Positions 46,551 to 57,367 of a DNA stretch of 64,000 bases are shown piece by piece. The stretch is from the NCBI GenBank assembly GCA_963741945.1, contig CAVUKA010000004.1, forward strand, positions 128,001 to 192,000. Direction: 5' to 3'. Made by a program: the position numbers and the translations under genes. This DNA is from an uncultured Gemmatimonadales bacterium (GTDB taxonomy: Bacteria > Gemmatimonadota > Gemmatimonadetes > Longimicrobiales > RSA9). Position 1 is the first letter of the stretch; each line of letters opens with the position of its first letter. Below the pieces are notes generated by a model. That model worked only from the letters and a program-made list of their open reading frames with translations. It made no database searches and was not told the DNA's origin.

Positions 46551-47087
46551 GTGCTTCCTTGGCCCAGTTCGCCAGCAACGGCTGTCGCTGCTTTCGTAGC
46601 GGCGCTCCTCCCGCTCGCCGCACCCGCTCCCGCCCGTGCGCAGGCGCACCTCTTCAGCCGGGACCGTGACAGCCGCAGCCAGCAGGAGCAGATCTACGAG
46701 ATGACCGTCCGGAAGGGCGTCAACGCCACGCTCGCCGCCTGGCATGACGCCTGGGATCGCGACGCCGCCGACCGCCTCGCCGCCCTCTACCTCGAGGACG
46801 CGACGCTGTTCACGCCAGAGGGGACCGTCCAGGGGCGCGACGCCATTGCCGCCTTCTTCCGCCGGCTGCTCCCATCCCGCTCGGAGCTCCAGAGCTTCCC
46901 GCTCCATTTCAATGCGAGCGGCATCCTGGCCTACAGCCTCGAGCTGCAGACCTCGCGCACCGAAGATGAAGCTGCGCAGCCGCGGGCGCTCCGCAGCTTC
47001 ATGGTGCTGCGGCAGCAGTGGGGTGACACCTGGCTGATCGAGTCTCAGCTGCTGGCCGAGGTCCAGGGCGACGCCGCAGCGCAGTGA
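46551..47087 (+). CDS. Exported SnoaL/NTF2-like (DUF4440-type) protein
   Basis: Signal peptide; AWHDAWDRDAADRLAALYLEDATL...VQGRDAIAAFF; TWLI. Confidence 0.75.
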   Translation: MLPWPSSPATAVAAFVAALLPLAAPAPARAQAHLFSRDRDSRSQQEQIYEMTVRKGVNATLAAWHDAWDRDAADRLAALYLEDATLFTPEGTVQGRDAIAAFFRRLLPSRSELQSFPLHFNASGILAYSLELQTSRTEDEAAQPRALRSFMVLRQQWGDTWLIESQLLAEVQGDAAAQ

Positions 47088-47094
47088 TCCGGGC

Positions 47095-47877
47095 GTGAGC
47101 CGCATCCGCGTGGAGCTGCCCGCCGGGCTGCGCGAGGCCCGGTTCGTGGAACGACCCAACCGGTTCCTCCTGCGTTGCGAGCTGGCCGCGCACCAGGAGA
47201 ACGGACAGCCGGCACCCACTCCACCCGGTCTGCGGGAGCCACCGCACGGGTCCGGGCCGCGCGTCGTCGATGTCCACATGGCCGATCCCGGACGCTTGAA
47301 TGAGCTCCTCCTCCCGGGCCGACGCGTCTGGATCCGATATGCCGCCTCACCCACGCGCCGCACCGACTGGTCCGCCGTTCTCGTGGAAGCACCGCACGGC
47401 AACGGCCTCGTATCCGTCGATACCACGCTCCCGAATCGCCTCGTGCGCCGCGCCCTCGAGGCCCACGCCCTCGAGGAGCTCGCCGGGTGGTCGCTCCTGC
47501 GCCCGGAATTCACGCTCGGCCGCTCACGCATTGATTTCCTCCTCGCCTGCGACCACCGCCAGCTCGCCCTCGAGGTCAAGAGCGTCACGCTCGTCGGCGA
47601 CGACGGCGTCGCCCGCTTCCCGGACGCCGTGACTGCGCGCGGGGCCCGTCACGTCCGCGAACTGGCAGCTGTCGCCCGACGGCCCGGCTGGGAAGCCGCC
47701 ATCCTCTTCGTGCTCCAGCGAGACGACGCCCACCGCATCGAGGCCGCACGCTCCATCGACCCCGCCTTCGCCGACGCCCTTGCCGAAGCGGAGGAGGCTG
47801 GCGTGCGCGTCCTCGGCCGCCGCTGCCAGGTCAGTCGGCAGAGCCTCGTCCTCGGAGACGCCGTGCCCGCCAGCTGA
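47095..47877 (+). CDS. sfsA: DNA/RNA nuclease SfsA
   Basis: RPNRF, HMADPGRL.ELL.PG, SRIDFLL, EVKSVTL, FPDAVTARGARH, IDPAFA. Confidence 0.92.
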   Translation: MSRIRVELPAGLREARFVERPNRFLLRCELAAHQENGQPAPTPPGLREPPHGSGPRVVDVHMADPGRLNELLLPGRRVWIRYAASPTRRTDWSAVLVEAPHGNGLVSVDTTLPNRLVRRALEAHALEELAGWSLLRPEFTLGRSRIDFLLACDHRQLALEVKSVTLVGDDGVARFPDAVTARGARHVRELAAVARRPGWEAAILFVLQRDDAHRIEAARSIDPAFADALAEAEEAGVRVLGRRCQVSRQSLVLGDAVPAS

Positions 47878-47965
47878 TGCGGCCCGCTCCGGCGCCCGGC
47901 CTCCGACCACGGTGAAACGCATGCATGGGGTGGAAAAAGGGCCCGCTCCCTTCTACCTTCTGCGG

Positions 47966-50755
47966 ATGCCATCCCGTTGGACCTTCCACAGATTCATTGT
48001 CGTGACTGCGCTCCTGCTCTTCGCGGGGCAGCTGCAGGCGCAGGCTCGCGTCACCGGGTACGCCGGCGCCGCGGCCACCGGCCTCGACCTGCGCCGACTC
48101 GGCACCACGGCGCGCCTGCTCATGATCGGCGCGCACCCCGACGATGAGAACACGGCCCTGGTTGCCCCGCTCGCGCTCGGCGAGGGTGCGGACGTCGCCT
48201 ACCTCTCGCTGACCCGGGGAGAGGGAGGCCAGAACGGCATCGGTCCGGAGCTGGGCACCGCGCTCGGAATCCTTCGCTCCGAAGAGCTCCTCGCCGCCCG
48301 AAGGCTGGACGGCGGCACTCAGCTCTTCAGCCGCGCCATCGATTACGGGTTCTCCAAGAGCGCCGACGAAGCGTTCAGCCACTGGCCCCGGGACTCGCTG
48401 GTGGCGGATGTCGTCGCGGCCATTCGTCGCTATCGCCCCGATGTGGTGGTCTCGGTGTGGAGCGGGACGCCGCTGGATGGTCACGGACAGCACCAGGCTT
48501 CCGGAATCGTCGCCCGCGAGGCCGTGCTCGCCGCCGGCGACCCGTCCCGGTTCCCGGAGCAGATCGCCGCCGGGCTGCGCCCGTTCACCCCGAGTCTCTT
48601 CTACCGCTCCGCCGGATTCGGCGGCCCGGGGGAAATCGTCGAAGTGAACACCGGCCGGCTCGACCCGCTCCTCGGCCGCTCCTATCAACAGGTGGCCATG
48701 GCCAGCCGCAGCCGCCACCGCAGCCAGGACCAGGGGACCCGGCAGCCGCCCGGCCCCCGGCGCACGGCCATCCAGCGGATCGACCCGGCAGCGCCCGTGA
48801 CCGTGGCGCCGGACCGCCGCTTCGGTTGGGCCATGGAGGGCGCCCCGGCCCGGGACGTCTCGATCTTCAGTGGCGTCGACACGCTCCTGTCGCAGCGAGC
48901 TCGCAGCGCCGCCGCCCGCGCCCGGCCCGATGCGGTGCACGGGCTCGCGACGTCCGCGGCCCTGCTTGCCCGGTACGAGGCGCTCGTGGATTCGGCCCGC
49001 GCCAGCTTCGACCCGCTGCGCCCTGGCCGGATCCTCGGCATCCTCGTGCGTGCCGACGAGCGGCTCCGCGCAGCCGCCGCCGCGCTTCCGCCCCCGACGA
49101 CCACCGCCGCCTCGCCCGCCGCCGACGCGCTGGCGGACCTGCGGTTCAATTTCGCCGCCGAAGCGAAGGACCTGCGAGCGGCCATTCTCGACGTGGCGAA
49201 CGTCCAGCTCGACGCCATCGCGGATCATGAGGATGTCGTCCGGGGCCAGAGCTTCGCGCTCGAGCTGTCAGTCTGGAATGGCGGAGCCGACACGGTCCGC
49301 GCCCGCGTCGCACCGCTCCTCCCCGCTGGCTGGATCGCCACCACGGGGAGCGCAGGTCAGGTGTCGGCCCGGCCGGATGGTGCGACGAACGATGGTTCCG
49401 GCACACCGCTCCAGGCTACGCGCATGCCCGCGGCCCGGGAGGCCATCCTCTCGGTCGCGCCGGGGGAGCGGGCCACGGCCACGTTCCAGGTCACCGTCCC
49501 GGAAGACGCCCAGCTCACCACGCCGTACTACCTCGATCCGGCGCACCCCGCCACGGGCGACTTCTACCACTGGCCGCCTGACCCGCAGACCTGGGGGCTG
49601 CCGTTCGCACCGGCGCCGGTGCGCGCCTCCTTCGCCCTGGATCTCCGCGGTGACGCCGACCTGACCTTCCAGCGCAGCGCAGCCATGGTGGGCGTGGACA
49701 GGCGAAGCGGTGAGTTCCGCCGACCCGTCAAGGTGGTGCCGGAGGTCTCCGTCGCCATTGCCCCGGAGCTGGCGGTCTTCTCCCTCGACGCCCCCCGGAC
49801 CCTCCATTTCACGGCGACGCTCCGGTCCAATGCCAGCTCGCCCATCACTGGCTGGCTCCATGCCACGATTCCACCGGGATGGCGCGCGGACCCGGACAGC
49901 GTGGCCGTCTCCATGGCCGCTGGTGGGCCCGAGTTGTCCACGACGTTCGATCTGACCCCACCCGACGGGGTCGCCCCGGGCGAGTACGATGTGGGCGTCT
50001 CTCTCGCGACCGCCGGTGATACGTTCGACCTGGGCTACCAGGTCATCGATTATCCGCACATCCGTCCGCACCACCTCTACCGGCCGGCCACTGCACGGGT
50101 CCGCGCGCTCGACGTGCGCGTGGCCGACGTCCGCGTGGGCTACGTCCCCGGCGCCGGCGACGATATCCCCGCGGCCCTCGACCAGCTCGGGCTGTCCTGG
50201 GGCCGCATCGATGCCCCGGACCTCGCCAGCGGAGACCTCGGGCGCTTCGACGTCATCGTCACCGGGATCCGCGCCTACGAGGTGAACGACGGCCTCGTCG
50301 CCCACAACCAGCGGCTGCTGGACTGGGTGCGCCACGGTGGCACGCTCATCGTCCAGTACAACAAGTACCCGGCCCTCGAGCGCGATTACACGCCATGGCC
50401 GGTCACGATCGCACGCCCGCACGGACGCGTCACGGACCCCGCCGCTCCCGTGACGGTGCTCCAGCCGGACAACCCGATCTTCACCACCCCCAACCGCATC
50501 GGCCCCGCCGATTGGGCCGGGTGGGTGCAGGAGCGCGGACTCTATTTCTGGGATACCTGGCAGGGCCCGTTCACGCCCCTGCTCGCCATGAGCGACCCCG
50601 GCGAGGCACCGCTCGAGGGCTCGCTGCTCGTAGCGCCCCTCGGCGACGGGACGTACGTCTACGCGGCTCTCGCCTTCTTCCGCCAGCTCCCCGCCGGCGT
50701 CCCCGGGGCGTACCGGCTTTTCGCTAACTTGCTCTCCCTCGGCGCCCCCCGGTGA
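47966..50755 (+). CDS. Secreted PIG-L/LmbE family deacetylase with Ig-like (NEW3) and C-terminal glutamine-amidotransferase-like domains
   Basis: AHPDDEN, TRGEGGQN, DYGFSKS, GHGQHQ, SRHRSQ, IDYPHI, GWVQERGLY, FFRQLPAGVPGAYRLFANL. Confidence 0.88.
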   Translation: MPSRWTFHRFIVVTALLLFAGQLQAQARVTGYAGAAATGLDLRRLGTTARLLMIGAHPDDENTALVAPLALGEGADVAYLSLTRGEGGQNGIGPELGTALGILRSEELLAARRLDGGTQLFSRAIDYGFSKSADEAFSHWPRDSLVADVVAAIRRYRPDVVVSVWSGTPLDGHGQHQASGIVAREAVLAAGDPSRFPEQIAAGLRPFTPSLFYRSAGFGGPGEIVEVNTGRLDPLLGRSYQQVAMASRSRHRSQDQGTRQPPGPRRTAIQRIDPAAPVTVAPDRRFGWAMEGAPARDVSIFSGVDTLLSQRARSAAARARPDAVHGLATSAALLARYEALVDSARASFDPLRPGRILGILVRADERLRAAAAALPPPTTTAASPAADALADLRFNFAAEAKDLRAAILDVANVQLDAIADHEDVVRGQSFALELSVWNGGADTVRARVAPLLPAGWIATTGSAGQVSARPDGATNDGSGTPLQATRMPAAREAILSVAPGERATATFQVTVPEDAQLTTPYYLDPAHPATGDFYHWPPDPQTWGLPFAPAPVRASFALDLRGDADLTFQRSAAMVGVDRRSGEFRRPVKVVPEVSVAIAPELAVFSLDAPRTLHFTATLRSNASSPITGWLHATIPPGWRADPDSVAVSMAAGGPELSTTFDLTPPDGVAPGEYDVGVSLATAGDTFDLGYQVIDYPHIRPHHLYRPATARVRALDVRVADVRVGYVPGAGDDIPAALDQLGLSWGRIDAPDLASGDLGRFDVIVTGIRAYEVNDGLVAHNQRLLDWVRHGGTLIVQYNKYPALERDYTPWPVTIARPHGRVTDPAAPVTVLQPDNPIFTTPNRIGPADWAGWVQERGLYFWDTWQGPFTPLLAMSDPGEAPLEGSLLVAPLGDGTYVYAALAFFRQLPAGVPGAYRLFANLLSLGAPR

Positions 50756-50928
50756 GCCGGCCGGACGACTCCTCTGAGGCGGGTTCGGAACGGACCGCCG
50801 CCGAGGGTCCGGGGCCCGCGCCCCGCCGCGCCCCGCGCTCCATGCGAACCCTCTACATCCGGGTCCTCCTCGTCCAGGTCCTGGCACTCCTCGCCCTCTG
50901 GGCGCTCCAGGCCCGCTTCGCCGGATGA
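50752..50928 (+). CDS. Small single-TM protein preceding the symporter
   Basis: Not in ORF track. GTG 50752 overlaps PIG-L stop (GTGA), 58 aa; alternative ATG 50842 gives MRTLYIRVLLVQVLALLALWALQARFAG; ends 14 nt before the symporter start. Confidence 0.65.
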   Translation: MSRPDDSSEAGSERTAAEGPGPAPRRAPRSMRTLYIRVLLVQVLALLALWALQARFAG

Positions 50929-50942
50929 GCCGCCGCTAGCCG

Positions 50943-52673
50943 ATGCACTGGATCGACTGGCTGATCGTCGCCGGATACCTCGGCTACGTGCTGTGGGACG
51001 GGCTCCGCCGCGCTCGCGGCATGGACCGCATCGAGGGCTACTTCCTCGCCAACCGCAGCCTCCCCTGGTGGGCCGTCGGACTCTCTGTCATGGCCACCCA
51101 GCTCTCCGCGATCACGCTCGTGGGCACCACCGGCCAGGGCGCCACGGACGGGATGCGCTTCGTCCAGTTCTATTTCGGGCTCCCCCTGGCGATGCTCATC
51201 CTCTCCGTCACCCTGGTCCCGTTCTTCCACCGGGCGAAGGTATACACGGCCTACGAGTACCTGGAGAAGCGCTTCGACAGCCGTACACGGAGCCTCACCA
51301 GCGCACTGTTTCTCGTCTCCCGCGGCATGTCCGTGGGGGTCATCATCTCCGCGCCGGCCGTGATCCTGTCCGCTACGCTCGGCCTCGGCCTCCCTCTCTC
51401 CGTCGTGATCATCGGCGCCCCCGCCGTTCTCTACACCATGTTCGGCGGCGTCCAGGCCGTGACCTGGATCGACGTCAAGCAGATGGTGCTGATCATCACC
51501 GGGCTTGGAGCGCTCCTGGTCGTTCTCTTCCTCGGCCTTCCCGGCGACGTGGGCGTCGGCAGCGCCCTGCGGCTCGCCGGCACCACCGGCCGGCTTCGCA
51601 CGTTCGACTTCAGCTTCGACCTGCACGAGACCTACACGTTCTGGTCCGGGCTCATCGGCGGGACCTTCCTCATGCTCTCGTATTTCGGGACCGACCAGAG
51701 CCAGGTCCAGCGGTATCTGACCGCCCGCTCGGTCGACGAGGCCCGCAGCTCACTGCTCATGAGCGCGTACTGGAAGATCCCCCTCCAGGCCCTCGTCCTC
51801 ATGGTCGGCGTCATGGTCTTCGTCTTCTACCTGTTCAACCAGCCGCCGCTGCTCTTCAATACCGACCATGACCAGCGCGTCCGTGAGGCCGCGAGCACCG
51901 AGTATCGCCAGCTCCAGGACCGCTACACCGCCTCCTTCCAGCAGCGACGTGGCGCCGCCCTCGAGTATGCTCAGGCCCGTGAGGCCGGTCGCCTGGATCT
52001 CGCCCGCGCCGCTGCCGCCGAATTCACCGACGACAATACCCGCCTCCAGGCCGTCCGCGCGGACGCCCTGAGCCTCGCCGAGCGCACCACGGGCGAGAAC
52101 CCGCGGGACGTCAACTACATCATCCCCTCGTTCGTCCTCGGTGAGCTCCCCCCGATCATCCCGGGTCTCTTCATCGCCGCCGTGCTCGCAGCCGCAATGT
52201 CGTCCATCGCGGCGGAGCTCAACTCCCTCTCCACCGCCACCATCATCGATTTCTACCGGCGACACATCCGGACGTCCGCCTCTGACGCCCACTATCTCTC
52301 CGTCTCCAAGCTGGCCACCGGCATCTGGGGGATCTTCGCATGTGTCGTGGCGGTCTACGCCGTGGCGCTCGGCTCACTCATCGAGGTGGTCAACCGCTTC
52401 GGCTCGTTCTTCTACGGGTCCATCCTCGGCGTCTTCGTCCTCGCACTCATTCCGCGCGCTCGGCCACGCGGCGCGTTCTTCGGCCTCATCGCCGGAATGG
52501 TCAGCGTTGCACTCGTCGACCGTCTCACCGGCATCGCGTTCCTGTGGCTCAACGTGGTCGGCGCCGTGGCGGTCGTGACCGTGGGAATGGCGCTCAGCTG
52601 GACGGTGCCCGGCGGCGCGGCGCCTCGAACCGCCGCCGAGCCGACCTCCCCGCCCGCCCTCGACGGGGGGTGA
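50943..52673 (+). CDS. Sodium:solute symporter (SSS family)
   Basis: [50 protein letters not shown]...LNSLST. Confidence 0.95.
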   Translation: MHWIDWLIVAGYLGYVLWDGLRRARGMDRIEGYFLANRSLPWWAVGLSVMATQLSAITLVGTTGQGATDGMRFVQFYFGLPLAMLILSVTLVPFFHRAKVYTAYEYLEKRFDSRTRSLTSALFLVSRGMSVGVIISAPAVILSATLGLGLPLSVVIIGAPAVLYTMFGGVQAVTWIDVKQMVLIITGLGALLVVLFLGLPGDVGVGSALRLAGTTGRLRTFDFSFDLHETYTFWSGLIGGTFLMLSYFGTDQSQVQRYLTARSVDEARSSLLMSAYWKIPLQALVLMVGVMVFVFYLFNQPPLLFNTDHDQRVREAASTEYRQLQDRYTASFQQRRGAALEYAQAREAGRLDLARAAAAEFTDDNTRLQAVRADALSLAERTTGENPRDVNYIIPSFVLGELPPIIPGLFIAAVLAAAMSSIAAELNSLSTATIIDFYRRHIRTSASDAHYLSVSKLATGIWGIFACVVAVYAVALGSLIEVVNRFGSFFYGSILGVFVLALIPRARPRGAFFGLIAGMVSVALVDRLTGIAFLWLNVVGAVAVVTVGMALSWTVPGGAAPRTAAEPTSPPALDGG

Positions 52674-52811
52674 CGCTGCCCCCGGAGAACGGGTCACCGC
52701 CTTCGCCGCCTTCGCCGTCGCCGGCACCGCCGCGGCTGTCGCCGTTCTGGCCGCCGCGCCCGCCGAACGGCGGCGGGCCACCATTCACCGCTCATGAGGG
52801 AAAGGAGAGCC

Positions 52812-53753
52812 ATGAACCCGCCCCGCGCCTCTCGCCCATCGGCTTCCGCGATCCGGATCGGGATCTCGGGATGGCGCTACGCCGGCTGGCGCGGAGATTT
52901 CTATCCGGATTCCCTCCCGCAGCGCGCGGAGATGGAGTACGCATGCAGCCGCTTCTCCACGATCGAGCTCAACGGGACCTTCTACTCGCTTCAGCGGTCG
53001 GCCTATTTCGACAGGTGGCGGGGTGCCACCGCCGATGACTTCGTCTTCGCGATCAAGGGAAGCCGGTTCATCACCCACATGCTCCAGCTGAACGAGCCGG
53101 AAGGCGCGCTCGCCAACTTCTTCGCCCAGGGCCTGCTCCGCCTCGGGCCGAAGCTCGGACCCGTGCTCTGGCAGTTCTCTCAGCGCTTTCGCTTCCGGGA
53201 GGAGAAGCTCCGCCCCTTTCTTGCCCTCCTCCCCCACGACCACGCCGCCGCCGCCCGCCTCGCCCGCAGCCACGACCATCGCGTCAGGGACCCCGCCACC
53301 GACCCGCTGGAAGAGGGGCTGGCCAGCACGCCGATCCGCCACGCGCTCGAAGTCCGACACGAGAGTTTTCTCACGCCTCCGTTCCTCGACCTCCTGCGCG
53401 AGTACCGGGCCGCCGCGGTCGTCTCCGACAACCCCGGCCTGTACCCCATCCTCGAACAGCCCACGACCGACTTCATGTACCTCCGCCTCCACGGCACCGA
53501 GGCCATGTACGCCGGCAGCTATTCGGACCATGACCTCGACCACTGGGCCCGCCGCATCCGCCGCTGGCACCGCCCCGGCACAGGACACGGACACGACCAA
53601 GCATGCGCTGCGAACGGGACCCGCGGTGTCTTCGTCTACTTCGACAACGACCAGAAGGCCCGCGCACCTTTCGACGCGCGACGCCTCATGGAACGCCTCG
53701 ACCTCCACTCCACCTTCCCCCTCCCCGGCTCCGAAGACCGCATGCCCTCCTGA
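52812..53753 (+). CDS. DUF72 family protein
   Basis: IRIGISGWRY..W...FYP, IELNGTFY, KGSRFITH, ALEVRHES, YLRLHG, YFDND. Confidence 0.92.
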   Translation: MNPPRASRPSASAIRIGISGWRYAGWRGDFYPDSLPQRAEMEYACSRFSTIELNGTFYSLQRSAYFDRWRGATADDFVFAIKGSRFITHMLQLNEPEGALANFFAQGLLRLGPKLGPVLWQFSQRFRFREEKLRPFLALLPHDHAAAARLARSHDHRVRDPATDPLEEGLASTPIRHALEVRHESFLTPPFLDLLREYRAAAVVSDNPGLYPILEQPTTDFMYLRLHGTEAMYAGSYSDHDLDHWARRIRRWHRPGTGHGHDQACAANGTRGVFVYFDNDQKARAPFDARRLMERLDLHSTFPLPGSEDRMPS

Positions 53754-53854
53754 TCACTGACCCCAGCCGCGAACGGTTCCCGGTTCGCCGTTCACCGGCC
53801 CCGAAGCTCGATTCCGGGTTTCCCCTTCCCCGGCTTTTCCCCTACCTTTCCCCC

Positions 53855-54166
53855 ATGAACAACCCGCGAATCCAGAGCCTCCGGCACATGCTGGAGAAGC
53901 ACCCGTCCGACGCGCGCCTCCACTTCGGCCTCGCCCTCGAACACGAAAAGCTCGAGCAGTGGGAGGAGGCCGCGGTTCAGCTCCGCCGCTATCTGGAGCT
54001 GACCGAGGACGAGGGGAATGCGTGGGGCCGGCTCGGGGCCGCACTGCGGCGCCTCGGCAGGGACGAGGAAGCCAGGGAGGCCTACCGGACGGGGGCCGAG
54101 GCCGCCCGTCGCCATCATCACCCCTCCATGGCCGAGGAGTTCGACGAGATCCTGGATGAGTGGTAG
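53855..54166 (+). CDS. Small TPR protein
   Basis: PSDARLHFGLALEH...AWGRLGAALRRLGRDEEAREAY. Confidence 0.82.
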   Translation: MNNPRIQSLRHMLEKHPSDARLHFGLALEHEKLEQWEEAAVQLRRYLELTEDEGNAWGRLGAALRRLGRDEEAREAYRTGAEAARRHHHPSMAEEFDEILDEW

Positions 54167-54199
54167 GACTCGACCCGATAGGCGGGGAGGCGGGAGGCG

Positions 54200-54859
54200 A
54201 TGATCTCCGCCGCCCTTGTCCTATTCGCCTCAATGGGGCTCCAGCAGGGTACGATAGCCGCCGCCCCGGTGCCGACAGAGCCCGACACCGGCACCTATTA
54301 CCTGCTCCGCGGCGAGGTTGTGATCGCCCGGGAGCGGTACGCGCGTAGCGACACCCTGCTCGATGCCGAGCTGGTCTTCGCCGACCAGCCACGGCTGAAG
54401 GTGCGAGCGACGATCGGCCCCGACGCCAGCATCACCCGGATCGAGCTCCGCGTCTTTCCCCCGGACGCCGCCGACACGACGCTGATCCAGTCTTCAGCCG
54501 CAGTCCTGGACGGGCGCACCATCCGCCTCGAGCAGCCCATTGGCACGCCCGTTGGCGATCCCATCACGGTACCCGCCGGAACGCTGCCCTACCTGAACCC
54601 CAGCCCGTCGTTCATGGAGCAGATCGTCCGCAGGGCACGCACGCTCGGCGACGACAGCACCAGCGTAGACGTTTGGATCCCGGGTGTAGGGGGCGGGCGC
54701 GTGGTGCCGGTGGACGTGCTCCTCGCTCGGGATGGCCGCGCCACCCTCGCGTTCCCCGACGGTCGGATCGAGCTCGCCCTCACCGCCGATAGACGATTGA
54801 TCGGCGCCTCCATTCCCGGTGAGGACCTCCGCATTCACCGCGTGCGCGCTCCCGAGTAG
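54200..54859 (+). CDS. Hypothetical exported protein
   Basis: GGAGG RBS, signal peptide, beta-rich composition. Confidence 0.7.
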   Translation: MISAALVLFASMGLQQGTIAAAPVPTEPDTGTYYLLRGEVVIARERYARSDTLLDAELVFADQPRLKVRATIGPDASITRIELRVFPPDAADTTLIQSSAAVLDGRTIRLEQPIGTPVGDPITVPAGTLPYLNPSPSFMEQIVRRARTLGDDSTSVDVWIPGVGGGRVVPVDVLLARDGRATLAFPDGRIELALTADRRLIGASIPGEDLRIHRVRAPE

Positions 54860-54865
54860 CGCCCT

Positions 54866-55468
54866 CTACTCCAGAAGGCTCCCCTGCCCACCCACCGGGG
54901 GAACCTCGTGGCATGACCGGCATCGCGCCTCGTACGACTCCAGTCCGCCTACCTGGATCGTCGGCCCCTCCGCTGGCGCCGGACGCCCGTCGATCAGACG
55001 CTGGTTCCGCGTCGCGAGATCTCCACAGCGCACGCAGATCGCGTTCAGCTTGTCCACCTTCTCCGCAATGGCCAGCAACGCCCCGATCGGGCCGAAGGGG
55101 CGGCCCCGGAAGTCCATGTCCGTCCCCGCTACGATCACCCGCACGCCCCGATTCGCCAGCGCGTTCACTACCCCCACCACCCCGTCATCCAGGAACTGCA
55201 CCTCGTCCACGACCACTACTTCCGTGTCCGCCCGCACCCGCGCCATCAGCTCCGCCGATGTCGAGATCGGCTCCGCTTCCACCCGCCCCCGATCGTGCGA
55301 GATCACTTCACGGATACCGTACCGATCATCCAGCTGAGACTTGAATACCTGCACCCGCTTCCGCGCCAGTGTCGCACGCCGGACACGCCGGATCACCTCC
55401 TCGGATTTCCCCGAGAACATGACCCCGCTGACGACTTCCACCCACCCCGCTCGCTTCGCTGCCTCCAT
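54866..55468 (-). CDS. tdk: Thymidine kinase
   Basis: GVMFSGKSEE, VDEVQF, DMDFRGRPFG, AICVRCG, YEARCRSCH. Confidence 0.95.
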   Translation of the reverse strand: MEAAKRAGWVEVVSGVMFSGKSEEVIRRVRRATLARKRVQVFKSQLDDRYGIREVISHDRGRVEAEPISTSAELMARVRADTEVVVVDEVQFLDDGVVGVVNALANRGVRVIVAGTDMDFRGRPFGPIGALLAIAEKVDKLNAICVRCGDLATRNQRLIDGRPAPAEGPTIQVGGLESYEARCRSCHEVPPVGGQGSLLE

Positions 55469-55606
55469 GGCCGCCAACCTACCCGCACCTCCCTCCCGTC
55501 GTCCACCCCCGGGCCCCTTGGGAACGCCCCCCGCCGGCCCTCTCCGTAGGGCAATCCCCCACAATCCACCTCCCCCATTTCATCCCTTTCCCCACTTACA
55601 CCCGCC

Positions 55607-55640
55607 TTAAAACAACATATCCTTATGCACAAATATTGAA
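55607..55640 (+). promoter_or_regulatory. AT-rich promoter/putative Rrf2 operator upstream of rrf2-nirK
   Basis: TTAAAACAACATATCCTTATGCACAAATATTGAA, AT island in a GC-rich genome with CATA-N4-TATG dyad, 13 nt before the ATG. Confidence 0.5.
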
Positions 55641-55653
55641 TAGCGAGCACCCC

Positions 55654-56124
55654 ATGCCCCTGTCTCAGACCGCTGAACACGCCCTGCGCGCCACCCTCTT
55701 CCTGGCCCGGCAGCCGGAAGGGAGCCGCGTTCCCGCCGAAGCCATCGCCGAGGCGTTGGACGCGCCGAGGAACTACCTCGCCAAGACACTGGGGATCCTG
55801 GCGAAGGCGGGGGTGATCGACGGGATGCGGGGGCCCACGGGTGGCTACCGGCTGCGCGTGGCCGCTTCGGAGTTGACGCTGGCGCGGGTGGTACTGGCGT
55901 TCGATGAGCCGTCGTCGTCCCGGATGTGTCTTGTGGGCGGGCGGCAGTGCGACAGCAGGACCCCGTGCGTGGCGCACGGGCGATGGACGTCGGTGCGGGC
56001 GGCCACGCGCGCACCGATGGAGCAGACGACGATTGCGGATCTTCTGGATTCCACGGCCGGTGCCGGGAGTCCGGAGCCGGGCCCTGCGGCCCCGAAACGT
56101 ATAGCGGAGGAGGAGGAGCGATGA
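55654..56124 (+). CDS. Rrf2 family transcriptional regulator (NsrR/IscR-like, three Cys)
   Basis: [44 protein letters not shown]. Confidence 0.92.
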   Translation: MPLSQTAEHALRATLFLARQPEGSRVPAEAIAEALDAPRNYLAKTLGILAKAGVIDGMRGPTGGYRLRVAASELTLARVVLAFDEPSSSRMCLVGGRQCDSRTPCVAHGRWTSVRAATRAPMEQTTIADLLDSTAGAGSPEPGPAAPKRIAEEEER

Positions 56125-57245
56125 GTGAGATCGAGAGCTCGGGAAAGGTCCGGTGGATGGTCATGGGCGGGGTAGGCGCGCTCCTGGCGATCAGTGCAGT
56201 GGCGTTCAGCCTGGGTACGTCGGAGCAGGCCGCGCCCATGAGCGCGGCGGTGCCCGTGACGCCGCCCCTGCCTGCGATCAGGGGCGAGGAGCACGCGCAG
56301 CTGACGGAGCCGCCATTCGTTCCGGCGCCGATCACCCGGGATTACGCGACGAAGGTGATCGTGAACCTGGAAGTGATCGAGAAGCCGATGAAGCTGGCGG
56401 ACGGCGTCGAATACACCATGTGGACGTTCGGTGGTACCGTCCCCGGGCGCTTCATCCGGGTGCGGGAGGGTGACCTGGTCCAGTTCCATCTCCAGAACGC
56501 GCCGGACAACATGATGCCTCACAACATCGATCTGCATGCGGTGACGGGGCCGGGCGGGGGCGCGAAGGCGAGCATGACGATGCCCGGCAAGGAGACGTCG
56601 TTCGAGTTCCGCGCGCTGAAGCCCGGCCTGTACGTCTATCACTGCGCCACGGCGCCGGTCGGGATCCACATGGCCAACGGGATGTACGGCCTGATCCTGG
56701 TGGAGCCGAAGGAGGGGCTGCCGAAGGTGGACCGGGAATACTATGTGATGCAGGGCGAGTTCTACACGAAGGGGAAGTATGGCGAGAAGGGCCTGCAGTC
56801 CTTCGACATGGACAAGGCGCTCTCCGAGACCCCCGACTACGTGGTCTTCAACGGCGCCGTCGGCGCGCTTACGGGCGAGAATGCCCTCAAGGCCAGCACG
56901 GGTGAGACCGTCCGCCTCTTCGTCGGGGATGCGGGGCCCAACCTGGTGAGCTCGTTCCACGTCATCGGCGAGATTTTCGACAACGTATACCGCGAGGGCG
57001 GAATCACGCCGGACCACAACGTCCAGACCACGCTGATCCCCGCCGGCTCCGCCAGCATGGTCGAGTTCCGCGTGGAGGTCCCGGGCGACTACATCCTCGT
57101 GGACCACGCGATCTTCCGCGCCTTCAACAAGGGCGCCCTGGGGATCCTTTCCGTCTCCGGTGACAAGAACCTGGCGGTGTTCAGCGGACAGACAGCGGAG
57201 AAGGACTACGACCCGACTGCCACGGCCGCTGCCAACGAAGACTGA
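56121..57245 (+). CDS. nirK: Copper-containing nitrite reductase
   Basis: ATGA overlap; [35 protein letters not shown]-terminal TM/signal segment. Confidence 0.95.
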   Translation: MSEIESSGKVRWMVMGGVGALLAISAVAFSLGTSEQAAPMSAAVPVTPPLPAIRGEEHAQLTEPPFVPAPITRDYATKVIVNLEVIEKPMKLADGVEYTMWTFGGTVPGRFIRVREGDLVQFHLQNAPDNMMPHNIDLHAVTGPGGGAKASMTMPGKETSFEFRALKPGLYVYHCATAPVGIHMANGMYGLILVEPKEGLPKVDREYYVMQGEFYTKGKYGEKGLQSFDMDKALSETPDYVVFNGAVGALTGENALKASTGETVRLFVGDAGPNLVSSFHVIGEIFDNVYREGGITPDHNVQTTLIPAGSASMVEFRVEVPGDYILVDHAIFRAFNKGALGILSVSGDKNLAVFSGQTAEKDYDPTATAAANED

Positions 57246-57367
57246 TCCCTGGCGGCACCGATCCGCGGACCCATGCCCGATGCCATCCGGTCTCTCTCCG
57301 GCTGACCATTGACGCCGACGCCCCGCCTGGTGCACCATCTTCACCCCTGCCCCGCACCTGGAGCGCC

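Noticed and set aside
52674-52790. GCC/TCGCC low-complexity tract and Gly-rich minus ORF 52594-52788
   Set aside because: Irregular GC-rich intergenic sequence with no RBS or domain support
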